Virus record (IMG/VR): IMGVR_UViG_3300046694_000296
Coordinates: 62,001-126,000 of that record
Length of the DNA stretch: 64,000 bases
Reading direction: 5' to 3' (one strand)
Shown here in pieces: positions 37,977 to 46,753 of this stretch (positions are counted from its first letter, which is position 1; each line of letters opens with the position of its first letter). The position numbers and the translations under genes are program-made. Under the pieces are notes generated by a model that searched no databases, had not been told where the DNA came from, and saw only the letters and a program-made list of their open reading frames with translations.

Positions 37977-38248
37977 GCAAACCGACCGGCTTTGCGCGCA
38001 TCCCACGCTCCGAGTTCCTCTACCCGGAGTGTCAGAGCTGCTACTTCCACAACGTCGAGCCTGCCATCTGCGAGAACTGTGACAACGGTTCCGAATACGA
38101 GCCCGATGACGATCTCGAGGGCAAGCTCTCCGCGCGCCGCGCCGCCATCGTGCGATTTTTCCGCAAGATCCAGACACCCCTGCCGGCCGAGCTGATCCCC
38201 GAGGAGCTCGAGCCCGCGACTGAAGAACAGGAGCTTCAAGCAGCATGA
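37973..38248 (+). CDS. Small Cys-rich protein
   Basis: CQSC...CENC; acidic tail; GTGA overlap. Confidence 0.7.
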   Translation: MSKPTGFARIPRSEFLYPECQSCYFHNVEPAICENCDNGSEYEPDDDLEGKLSARRAAIVRFFRKIQTPLPAELIPEELEPATEEQELQAA

Positions 38249-38463
38249 GCAAACAGAGCGAAGCCAAGGCCGCGCAGCACTACAACCGCGAGCCGGTGAA
38301 CTGCGGCAACTGCCGCCATTTCGAGTTCGACGAAATCACCCACAAGGGCGCCTTCGGCGGTGGCACCTACGTCGAGCAGAAGAGCCTGCGTTGCGGCATC
38401 GGCAGGTTCAAGGTCCACAAGACCGCCAGCTGCGTGCGCTTCGAGCGCCCGGAGGCCGCATGA
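38245..38463 (+). CDS. Small Cys-rich protein (possible Fe-S or Zn binding)
   Basis: CGNC.HF...C...C..F; ATGA overlaps. Confidence 0.7.
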   Translation: MSKQSEAKAAQHYNREPVNCGNCRHFEFDEITHKGAFGGGTYVEQKSLRCGIGRFKVHKTASCVRFERPEAA

Positions 38464-39101
38464 GCGTCACCCGCACCAACGAGATTCGCGCCGTTGCCGA
38501 TCTCGTGCCCTACGCGAAGAACGTCAAGAAGCACGACGACGCGCAGGTCGCCAAGATCATCGAGTCGATCCAGCAGTTCGGCTGGACCCAGCCCATCGTC
38601 ATCGACGAGGCGAACGTCATCATCGCCGGCCACGGCCGGCGCCTGGCGGCGACCAAGCTCTCCATGACGCAGGTGCCGGTGCTCGTGCTGCGCGGCCTGA
38701 CGGACGGGCAGAAGCGGGCGCTGCGCCTGGCCGACAACCGCACGAACGAGGGCGGCATCGACACGCTGATGTTCCGCGAAGAGATTCTCGGCATCGAGGA
38801 GCTGCTCACCGGCATCTACGACGTGAAGGAGCTCGAGTTCTCCACCGCGGACCTGGGCGAGCTGAACGACGCGGCCTTCGTGCCGGACGTCGCTGAAGCC
38901 GTCGAAATGCAGGAGCAGGCGGCCCACGCGAAGGCAGACGAGGTGACCGCGCGCCGCGTGCCGCTCTCGAAGGCGTTCGGCTTCAAGGACGTCGCCGGCA
39001 GCCACGAGATCCACATCTCGCGCTTCATGGCGCGCGCGGCCGCTGAAACCGGGTTGACGGGCGCCGACGCGCTCGCGGCTTTTCTCGAAACGCTGGCATA
39101 A
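38460..39101 (+). CDS. ParB N-terminal-domain protein 2
   Basis: LVPYAKN..KH...Q...I..SI..FGW..PIVID...IIAGHGR..AA...LADN. Confidence 0.9.
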   Translation: MSVTRTNEIRAVADLVPYAKNVKKHDDAQVAKIIESIQQFGWTQPIVIDEANVIIAGHGRRLAATKLSMTQVPVLVLRGLTDGQKRALRLADNRTNEGGIDTLMFREEILGIEELLTGIYDVKELEFSTADLGELNDAAFVPDVAEAVEMQEQAAHAKADEVTARRVPLSKAFGFKDVAGSHEIHISRFMARAAAETGLTGADALAAFLETLA

Positions 39102-39118
39102 GTCACCCATTACTCACC

Positions 39119-39835
39119 ATGACAACCTACACCATCGACAAGCGCTTCCACACCCGTGTCGCGCGCAGCCAGCGCGTCGTGGAAGTCGCTGAAGCGTTCG
39201 GGCTCGGCCTGGACGACAAGGAATTCGTGATCTTCGACCAGCTCAAGCTGGACGTGGCGCAGGGCGACGTGCTCTACATCACGGGCCAGTCGGGCTCCGG
39301 CAAGTCGCTGCTGCTGCGCGAGCTCTCGGCGCAGATGGCTGCCGAAGGGCAGAAGGTCGCCAACCTCGACGAGGTGGCGATCAACGCGGAGCTGCCGCTC
39401 ATCGACCAGATCGGCACCAGCACGAACGACGCGATCCGGCTGCTCTCGATTGCCGGCCTGAACGACGCGTATCTGTTCATCCGCAAGCCCGGCGAGCTCT
39501 CTGACGGCCAGCGCTACCGCTTCAAGCTCGCGAAAGCCATCGAGAGCCAGGCCGACGTCTGGGTCGCCGACGAGTTCATGGCGGTGCTCGACCGGACCGC
39601 GGCCAAGGTGATCGCGTATGCCGTGCAGAAGACCGCGCGCAAGGTCAACGCGACCGTGATCGTCGCAACCACCCACCTCGATCTCGTGGAAGACCTGCAG
39701 CCGTCGCTCTACATCGAAAAGCGCTACCGCGAAAAGCTGCGCATCGAAGCATTCACCGACCTCAACGCGGCGGCCGAGGGCTCGAAGACCCTCACACGCG
39801 ACGAGGCTTTCGATCTCATGAAAAGGATGGCCTGA
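39119..39835 (+). CDS. Soluble ABC-family ATPase
   Basis: GQSGSGKS, LSDGQRYR signature, VADEF Walker B, ATTH H-loop; no permease nearby. Confidence 0.92.
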   Translation: MTTYTIDKRFHTRVARSQRVVEVAEAFGLGLDDKEFVIFDQLKLDVAQGDVLYITGQSGSGKSLLLRELSAQMAAEGQKVANLDEVAINAELPLIDQIGTSTNDAIRLLSIAGLNDAYLFIRKPGELSDGQRYRFKLAKAIESQADVWVADEFMAVLDRTAAKVIAYAVQKTARKVNATVIVATTHLDLVEDLQPSLYIEKRYREKLRIEAFTDLNAAAEGSKTLTRDEAFDLMKRMA

Positions 39836-40164
39836 TGAACCCGAAGTATGAAGCGGCGCTCGAAGCGTCGAAAGAGCGCCCGCAAGTCGTGATCTTCACG
39901 GCGGCCTGGTGCGGCCCGTGCAAACTCCTGAAACCGGCGCTGCAGTCGCTCAAGGGCGACTACGGCTTCGACTATCACGAGTTCGACGTGGCCGAGTTCG
40001 AGCCCGCGGACCTCCAGACGCTCGGCGTGCGCAACGTGCCGAACGTGCGCGTGCTCGTGAACACCGTCGTGAAGGCACAGTTCGTCGGCGCGCGCACGAA
40101 GGCGTCGGTCGAGGAGTGGCTCACGGCGCTCGGCGTGATCTCTCGCGGGCTGAGCTTCGAATGA
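39835..40164 (+). CDS. Thioredoxin
   Basis: WCGPC active site; TGATG coupling. Confidence 0.9.
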   Translation: MNPKYEAALEASKERPQVVIFTAAWCGPCKLLKPALQSLKGDYGFDYHEFDVAEFEPADLQTLGVRNVPNVRVLVNTVVKAQFVGARTKASVEEWLTALGVISRGLSFE

Positions 40165-41144
40165 TCGCGCCGGCCACCGCCCTGAACCTTGCCGGGCCGA
40201 TCACGGCCTCGGACGACCGGGATAGCCCGATCTTCGCCTGGCGTGACCCGGCGGCCGGCACGCGCCCGCTCTCGCTCATGAAGCACATGTATGTCGAGCG
40301 CGGCACGCTGGAGGACTGGCAGCTCCTGCACGAGCTCCACTACAAGGCGAGCAACAACGGCATCGGCCCGCGCTACGTGCGTCTCGTGATCGATGACGGC
40401 GTGGAGCCCGCGCAGACGATCGGCGTGATGGTGTTTACGGTCCCCAAGCCGCTCGACTCCGGTCGCAATCAGGTGTTTCCGCACCTGCGGCCCAACCAGA
40501 ACGGGCGCGACAACCGGCTCATCAACGTGCAGCGCATGGCGTGGATCAACAAGAACCTGATTCTCTCCAGCCGCACGGTGCTCGACACGATGTATCGGGG
40601 CGGCGGCATCGCCTACCGCTTCAAGAACATCGGCTACCGGCTGATGGGCTTCCGGTATGTGGAGAGCCGCAGCTCGATGAGCCGCTACAACCCGTTCAGC
40701 ATCCGCGCCGGCATGCGCTTCGTGAAGCCGAAGTCGGCGCCGGCCTTCGAGACGGGCTTGGCCTTCTTCGCGCGGCACTTCAAGAGCCCGGCCTACGACT
40801 ACGTGGCGATCAAGGCCGAGATCGAGGCGATGCCCGATTACCTGCGCGAGCACACGCTGAAGGAGCTGCGCACCTTCTACTACCGCAACAGCTCGATGGA
40901 GAAGTCGGGCGACAACCGGCTGAACGGCACCTCCCGCGTCGAACAGATGGAGCTCGGGTATCTCCTCAAGCAGACCCAGCAGCTCGTGTTCGGCGCGACC
41001 GTCTACGCCGCGTGGACGAACCCCGACTGGGATCCAAACACGCAGGCGATGCGCACGCTCCCCGCGCGTATCCCGCTTTCCGCTTTTGACAACCAAGGGG
41101 TCGACGAACCCCTGCGACTGGACCTTCTGGAGGCACCAGCATGA
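40161..41144 (+). CDS. GNAT-like acyltransferase
   Basis: ELHY near the N-terminus, SRTVLDTMYRGGGIA acyl-CoA loop, SSMSRYNPF..RAGM. Confidence 0.7.
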   Translation: MIAPATALNLAGPITASDDRDSPIFAWRDPAAGTRPLSLMKHMYVERGTLEDWQLLHELHYKASNNGIGPRYVRLVIDDGVEPAQTIGVMVFTVPKPLDSGRNQVFPHLRPNQNGRDNRLINVQRMAWINKNLILSSRTVLDTMYRGGGIAYRFKNIGYRLMGFRYVESRSSMSRYNPFSIRAGMRFVKPKSAPAFETGLAFFARHFKSPAYDYVAIKAEIEAMPDYLREHTLKELRTFYYRNSSMEKSGDNRLNGTSRVEQMELGYLLKQTQQLVFGATVYAAWTNPDWDPNTQAMRTLPARIPLSAFDNQGVDEPLRLDLLEAPA

Positions 41145-41368
41145 CGCTCAAAACGACTGCCAAGACCCTCTGTGTCGTTGGGACCAAGGGCACGCTCTCT
41201 CCCTGGACGATGGAAGCTGTCGACGATGCCGCGGCCGTGAAGGGCATGGCATTCGACTTCGTGATCTGGGCGCGCACCCCCTCGAAAGAGGAATACGAGG
41301 TCGTCAACGCGACGTTGAAGGGCTCGGAGTGGGGTGATCACTTCTGGACCTGCCGGCGGCCGCGATGA
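41141..41368 (+). CDS. Hypothetical protein
   Basis: ATGA overlaps at both ends. Confidence 0.65.
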   Translation: MTLKTTAKTLCVVGTKGTLSPWTMEAVDDAAAVKGMAFDFVIWARTPSKEEYEVVNATLKGSEWGDHFWTCRRPR

Positions 41369-41796
41369 ACCTCACGACCAAGCAGATCGAGATCATGAAG
41401 GTGGTGGCCGCGGCCGCCGCCAGTGAGCCGGTCGATCTGGACCAGCTGCTCGAGCGCCTGACCTACGCGACCACCAAGGAGAGCCTGCAGTTCTCCCTGC
41501 GCGCGATCGAGCGGCACGGCCTCATCGACCGCTCGATGGCCGAGCACCGCCGCGGGCGGCTGCGACGCCTGGTGGCCGCAACGGACCTCGGCCGGGCCGT
41601 AGTGGGCGGCACAGGGCGGCCCGCTCCGGGGCCTGGCTCGACGATCGGCATGCGATCGGAAGAAGTTCTCCCGGTGCCAGCCTCAAAGGAGGTGGCTTTG
41701 ATAAGCGAAAACTTACCCGAGCCGGAGCTTCTTTCTCTCCCGGAGGTTTCTCTTCCCGAGCCGGAGATACTGCTTGAAGAAGTGTTTATTGATTAA
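41365..41796 (+). CDS. Winged-helix DNA-binding protein
   Basis: LTTKQIEIM...LDQLL...ESLQFSLRAIERHGLIDR...T..G; Pro/Glu repeat tail. Confidence 0.7.
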   Translation: MNLTTKQIEIMKVVAAAAASEPVDLDQLLERLTYATTKESLQFSLRAIERHGLIDRSMAEHRRGRLRRLVAATDLGRAVVGGTGRPAPGPGSTIGMRSEEVLPVPASKEVALISENLPEPELLSLPEVSLPEPEILLEEVFID

Positions 41797-41824
41797 AAAG
41801 TAAGCATTTTTTGTAAGTTTTACC

Positions 41825-41928
41825 ACTTGTCACTTTTTGCGTTTCCCCCTTATATATAAACCTTCTTTTTAATACATAGTAAAAAGCTACATTTTAAAAA
41901 CTAAGGGAAACGCGAAAAAGTGACAAGT
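41825..41928. repeat. ~27-bp imperfect inverted repeat around a 49-bp AT-rich spacer
   Basis: ACTTGTCACTTTTTGCGTTTCCCCCTTA (41825-41852) vs TAAGGGAAACGCGAAAAAGTGACAAGT (41902-41928). Confidence 0.85.
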
Positions 41929-42014
41929 AAGTAAGGATAGTGAAAGGATAAAGAGCACGATGAGATCAGGACCGCGGGTGGGAAAGTCTGCGCATGAAAG
42001 TAAGGCACGGGTTA

Positions 42015-42043
42015 TTTACATTCTTCCCGCGGCCCGGTATAGT
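42015..42043 (+). promoter_or_regulatory. Sigma70-type promoter ahead of the virion genes
   Basis: TTTACA-17bp-TATAGT. Confidence 0.75.
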
Positions 42044-42067
42044 CTGCCCTTAGTGAATCACCTCCAA

Positions 42068-42102
42068 GGGGCAGACCGAGCGACGGCTGCCCCATTTTTT
42101 TT
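42068..42102 (+). terminator. Intrinsic terminator between that promoter and terS
   Basis: GGGGCAG-A-CCG-AGCGA-CGG-CTGCCCC then A and T8. Confidence 0.8.
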
Positions 42103-42117
42103 GCCTGAGAGCCAGTG

Positions 42118-42795
42118 ATGACGGATACGACGACCGAGCCGAAAAAGACCGGCGGCCGCAAGCCCGGTAGCCGCTCGCTTTCGGAGAAGCAAAAAGCCGA
42201 AGCCTGCGCGCTCTACGCTGCGGGCGAACTCACGATCGAGCAGCTTGCCGAGCGCTACAAGCGCACCCCGCGCGCGATGAGCGCGATGTTCGCGAAGGCG
42301 GGCGTAAAGAAGGGCGACAAGCGCGCCGAAGTGCAAGCTGCGGTCACACAGCAGGTCAACCAGCAGATCGCGGGTGACGCGGGCGTGATCGCGGGCAAGA
42401 TCAAAGAGACGAAGGACTCGCACTACGCGGCGGCGAAGGTCATCGCGGGCCTGATCCAGAAGCAGCTCGTCACGGCGCAGCAAAACGGCAAGGGGTTCGC
42501 GATCGTCCAGAACGAGATCAAGACGCTCAAGCTCGCGGCCGAGGCATTGGCGACCCTGCGCGCCGAGCGCTTCGTGATTCTCGGCATCGCCGACGGCGAG
42601 AAGGACGACAACGACGAGCTGCCGGATCTGGGCGTGCACGAGATGACCGCCGAGCAGATCGCCGAGATGCAAGCGCGCCAGGACGACGGCGGCCTCGACA
42701 TGAGCGCCGACGAAGAGGCGATGGCAATGGCGATCGCGCCGCCGGGCAACGACGACAACGTGATCGACATCGAGGACGGCGATGCAGCTGCGTGA
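42118..42795 (+). CDS. terS: Terminase small subunit
   Basis: N-terminal HTH (TIEQLAERYKRTPRAMS), acidic tail, overlaps terL. Confidence 0.7.
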   Translation: MTDTTTEPKKTGGRKPGSRSLSEKQKAEACALYAAGELTIEQLAERYKRTPRAMSAMFAKAGVKKGDKRAEVQAAVTQQVNQQIAGDAGVIAGKIKETKDSHYAAAKVIAGLIQKQLVTAQQNGKGFAIVQNEIKTLKLAAEALATLRAERFVILGIADGEKDDNDELPDLGVHEMTAEQIAEMQARQDDGGLDMSADEEAMAMAIAPPGNDDNVIDIEDGDAAA

Positions 42796-44068
42796 GCCGG
42801 GGCTGCCCGGCATTACGCCGATCGCAGCCGAGATGCAGACGCTTTTCCTCCATCCGAAGCAGATGGAGGTGTTTCGCTCGCCGCATCGCTTTCGCGTGGT
42901 CACGGCGGGCCGACGCTGGGGCAAAACTCAGCTCGCCAAGGTGGCGCTCATCAAATACGCGAAGGTGAAGAACCGGCTCGTGTGGTATGTGGCGCCGTCC
43001 TACCGGATGGCAAAGCAGATCATGTGGCCGGACCTCATCGCCGCGATCCCGCGCAAGTGGGTCAAGAAGATCAACGAGACGACGCTCGCCGTCACGCTCG
43101 TGAACAACACCCGGATTGAGCTGAAGGGCGCCGACAACCCCGACTCGCTGCGTGGCGTGGGTGTGCACTTTCTCGTCATGGACGAGGTGCAGGACATCAA
43201 CCCGGAAGCGTGGACCAAGGTGCTGCGCCCGACCCTCGCATCGACCGGCGGCCACGCGCTCTTTATCGGCACGCCCAAGTCATACAACTTCCTGTATGAC
43301 CTGCACATGCTCGGCCAGGACCCGAAGAACCAGATCCTCGGTCGCTGGAAGAGCTGGCAGTTCCCGACGATCACCTCGCCCTTCATTCCGAAGTCGGAGA
43401 TCGAGGCCGCACGCGCGGACATGGACGAGAAATCGTTCAAGCAAGAATTCGAGGCATCGTTCGAGACGATGAGCGGGCGCGTGTATCACGCCTTCGATCG
43501 CAAGGTGCACACGGGCGACTATCCGTTCAACCCGAGCCTGCCGATCTGGGTGGGGCAGGACTTTAACATCGACCCGATGAGCTCCTGCATCTTGCAGCCG
43601 CAGGAGAACGGCGAGGTGTGGGCGATCCACGAGCTGAGCCTGAAGAGCTCCAACACCGAGGAGGTGTGCGACGAGCTCGAGCGCCTCTACTGGAAGCTCA
43701 TCAAGCGCGTGACGATCTTCCCCGACCCAGCCGGCGGCTACCGCCAGCACGCGCGCGGCGAGTCGGACGTGGACATCTTCAAGCAGAAGGGGTTCGAGAA
43801 CGTCGTCTACCGGAAGAAACACCCGCCTGTGGCCGACCGGATCAACGCGGTGAACCGCATGCTGCGCTCAGCCGACGGGCGCGTGCGCCTGAAGGTCGAC
43901 AAGCGCTGCAAGGAAGTCATCAAGGCGCTGGAGCAGACGATCTACAAGGAAGGCGGGCGCGAGGTCGACAAGGACATGGGCGTCGAGCACATGGGCGACG
44001 CACTCGGCTACCCGGTCGAGTATATGTTCCCGGTGCGCGAAATCAGCATTGCAGGCGTGTCCATTTGA
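42782..44068 (+). CDS. terL: Terminase large subunit (alternative start 42833)
   Basis: AGRRWGKT Walker A, LRG, VMDEV Walker B, GQDFNIDP nuclease motif, H.GDALGY. Confidence 0.95.
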   Translation: MQLREPGLPGITPIAAEMQTLFLHPKQMEVFRSPHRFRVVTAGRRWGKTQLAKVALIKYAKVKNRLVWYVAPSYRMAKQIMWPDLIAAIPRKWVKKINETTLAVTLVNNTRIELKGADNPDSLRGVGVHFLVMDEVQDINPEAWTKVLRPTLASTGGHALFIGTPKSYNFLYDLHMLGQDPKNQILGRWKSWQFPTITSPFIPKSEIEAARADMDEKSFKQEFEASFETMSGRVYHAFDRKVHTGDYPFNPSLPIWVGQDFNIDPMSSCILQPQENGEVWAIHELSLKSSNTEEVCDELERLYWKLIKRVTIFPDPAGGYRQHARGESDVDIFKQKGFENVVYRKKHPPVADRINAVNRMLRSADGRVRLKVDKRCKEVIKALEQTIYKEGGREVDKDMGVEHMGDALGYPVEYMFPVREISIAGVSI

Positions 44069-44112
44069 TGTTATGGTAAGTGACCCGTTACTCTACACCC
44101 GGCACGCCCGTT

Positions 44113-45684
44113 ATGTCGTTTAGCCAGAAACAGCTCCAGACATTCATCAAGCGCCGTCATCCCCTCTACGAGGCGATGGAGGCGCATTGGAATTTCCTCG
44201 AGCAGACCTACGAAGGCGGGCGGCAGTGGTTCGTCGAGAACCTGCACAAATACCGCAAGGAAGGCGACCAGGAGTATAAGGAGCGCCTGAAGCGCGCCTA
44301 CCGCTTCAACCACACGCGCGAGGTGGTCGATCTGCTGGACAAATACGTCTTCAAGATCGACATCAAGCGCAATGAGGACGCCCCGGACTACATCAAGGAG
44401 TTCTGGAAGCGCGCGACGCTCAACGAAAGCCCGATTGCCGACTACATGAAGCGTGTGTCCAACCGCTCATCGACGTTCGGCCGTATCTGGGTAGTGGTCG
44501 ATTCGACGAAGACGGCTGACGTGAAAAGTGTGGCCGACCAGAAGGCGACCGATGCGCGCTGCTACAGCTACATCGTCAAGCCCCAGCACGTCCTCGATCT
44601 CTCGACCGACGAGCTCGGCAAGCTCAACTGGATTCTGATCTACGAGACAGCGCGCGACGACTCGGACCCGATCAACTCGTCGGGCGACATCATCGAGCGC
44701 TATCGGCTCTGGACGCGCGACGCCTCGCAGCTTTTCACGGTGGTGTATCAGCGCGGCAAGCCGATCATCCAGGTTGCTGAGCCCGTGGCGCACGGCCTCG
44801 GGGTCGTGCCGGTGTTCGCGGCCGACAACGTGATCTCGGACGAGCCCTACACGTCGCCGGCGCTGATCGCCGATGTCGCGTATCTGGACCGGGCGGTGGC
44901 GAACTACCTCTCGAACCTCGACGCGATCATCCAGGACCAGACCTTCAGCCAGCTCGTCATCCCGGCGCAGTCGTTGCCAGCAGGCGACGAGGGCTTCGAC
45001 AAGCTGGTGGAGATGGGCACGAAGCGCATTTTCACCTACGACGGCTCGGGCCCCGGGAAGCCTGAGTTCATCAGCCCGGACGTGAAGCAGGCGCAACTGA
45101 TCGTCTCGACGATCTCCAAGATCATCAACGAGATTTACCACTCGACGGGCCTTGCCGGCGAGCGCACGAAACAGGACAACTCGCAGGGCATCGACAACAG
45201 CTCCGGCGTCGCCAAGGCGTATGACTTCGAGCGCGTCAATTCGCTGCTCACCGCCAAGGCCGACAGCCTCGAGCAGGTCGAGCGCCAGCTCTGCTACTTC
45301 GTGTCGCTCTGGAACGGCACGCAGGCCGACTTCGCGCCCGATGCGACGGGCGCCGACAAGACCAAGCAGATGGTCGAGTATCCGAAAGATTTCGACGTCC
45401 GTGGCCTCTACGACGAGTTCGACATTGCCGCGCGCCTGTCGCTGATCGACGCGCCGGACGCCGTGCGCCGTCAGCAGATGGACGCGACGATTGACAAGCT
45501 GTTCCCGATGCTCAAGGAGGAGCTTGTCAAAAAGATGAAGTCCGAGCTGAGCTCGTGGCCGCCGAAAGACGTTTTGGCGGCACCTGGCGCTGGCGGTTCG
45601 CCCGTATCCAGCGCTGAGATTCAGAAAACGGGCGGCAAGCAGGTCGCCGGGCAGATGTTGAACCCCGGCAAGAAAGCAGCGTAG
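44113..45684 (+). CDS. Portal protein
   Basis: Position after terL, size about 520 aa, SGVAKAYDF motif. Confidence 0.85.
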   Translation: MSFSQKQLQTFIKRRHPLYEAMEAHWNFLEQTYEGGRQWFVENLHKYRKEGDQEYKERLKRAYRFNHTREVVDLLDKYVFKIDIKRNEDAPDYIKEFWKRATLNESPIADYMKRVSNRSSTFGRIWVVVDSTKTADVKSVADQKATDARCYSYIVKPQHVLDLSTDELGKLNWILIYETARDDSDPINSSGDIIERYRLWTRDASQLFTVVYQRGKPIIQVAEPVAHGLGVVPVFAADNVISDEPYTSPALIADVAYLDRAVANYLSNLDAIIQDQTFSQLVIPAQSLPAGDEGFDKLVEMGTKRIFTYDGSGPGKPEFISPDVKQAQLIVSTISKIINEIYHSTGLAGERTKQDNSQGIDNSSGVAKAYDFERVNSLLTAKADSLEQVERQLCYFVSLWNGTQADFAPDATGADKTKQMVEYPKDFDVRGLYDEFDIAARLSLIDAPDAVRRQQMDATIDKLFPMLKEELVKKMKSELSSWPPKDVLAAPGAGGSPVSSAEIQKTGGKQVAGQMLNPGKKAA

Positions 45685-45759
45685 CACCGACTGGCCGAGT
45701 GACCGGCCACACACACAAACCCCGGGCAAGAGAGCGCCCACACGAAAGGCAGCATTGAG

Positions 45760-46659
45760 ATGAACAAGTTCCTGATGAAACTGATGGCACACGGCGGCTA
45801 CATGGCACCCGAGGGCGAAGGCGGCTCCGGCGGCGGTGGCGTAGGCAGTGGGCCGGCAGGCGGCGAAGGTGGCTCCGGCGGTGAAGGCAAGGGCGCAGGT
45901 GCGGGCGACGGCAAATCCGGCGGCGAAGGCGGCCAGGGTGGCACGGGTGACCCGACCGGCGGCAAGAAGCCGACCGACGAAGAAGCGCGCCTGATCCGCG
46001 AAGTGATGGACAAGAAGGACAAGCTGAAGAACGCCACCTCGGCACTCGAGCAAGCGAATGCTCGGCTGAAGGAGTTCGACGGCATCGACGTCTCGCAGGT
46101 CAAGGCACTGCTGCGCGAAAAGGCCGAAGCTGAAACCGCCAAGCTCGAAGCGAAGGGCGAATGGGATCGCCTGAAGCAACAGATGGCCGACCAGCACGCC
46201 GCCGACATCGCCGCGCGCGAGCAAGCGGTGACTGCCGCGCAGTCGCAAGTGTCCGAGCTGCAGTCGCAGATCGCCGAGCTGACCGTCGGCAACGCCTTCG
46301 GCCAGTCCAAGTTCATCGCAGACGAGCTGACTCTCTCTGTTGCCAAGGCGCGTCGCATCTACGGCGCACATTTCGAGTTCAAGGACGGCGCGGTCGTCGC
46401 CTACGACAAGGCCGCCGGCGCGCGCGAGCGCACGATGCTGGTCGATTCGAAGGGCGAGCCGCTCGGTTTTGACGCGGCGCTCTCGAAGCTCGTCGATGGC
46501 GACCCCGACAAGGACACGCTCGTCAAGAGCAAGCTGCGGTCGGGCGCGGGTTCCAACACGAACCCGGCGGCTGCCCCGGGCGCCAAGCCTGGCGTGAGCG
46601 CACCGCTCACGGGCCGCGCGAAGATCGCTGCGGGCCTGAAGAGCGCGGGCCTGAAGTAA
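45760..46659 (+). CDS. Capsid scaffolding protein
   Basis: Gly-rich N-terminus, long coiled coil, directly before the capsid gene. Confidence 0.8.
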   Translation: MNKFLMKLMAHGGYMAPEGEGGSGGGGVGSGPAGGEGGSGGEGKGAGAGDGKSGGEGGQGGTGDPTGGKKPTDEEARLIREVMDKKDKLKNATSALEQANARLKEFDGIDVSQVKALLREKAEAETAKLEAKGEWDRLKQQMADQHAADIAAREQAVTAAQSQVSELQSQIAELTVGNAFGQSKFIADELTLSVAKARRIYGAHFEFKDGAVVAYDKAAGARERTMLVDSKGEPLGFDAALSKLVDGDPDKDTLVKSKLRSGAGSNTNPAAAPGAKPGVSAPLTGRAKIAAGLKSAGLK

Positions 46660-46674
46660 GCCGGCGACAAAAAG

Positions 46675-46719
46675 TTGTAAACCCGTGGCATTCCTGTTAA
46701 AGTAAGTCGCGGGTTACTT
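46675..46719 (+). promoter_or_regulatory. Capsid-gene promoter with operator-like site over +1
   Basis: TTGTAA-17bp-TAAAGT followed by AAGTCGCGGGTTACTT. Confidence 0.7.
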
Positions 46720-46753
46720 ACTACCCATTTTCTTTTCGAAAAGGAAGATTGAT

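Noticed and set aside
37314-39101. ParB genes as a ParABS partition system
   Set aside because: No ParA in the window and no clear HTH; only the ParB/Srx N-terminal domain is evident
39119-39835. ABC ATPase as part of a transporter
   Set aside because: No permease or solute-binding gene nearby; embedded in a coupled operon of soluble proteins
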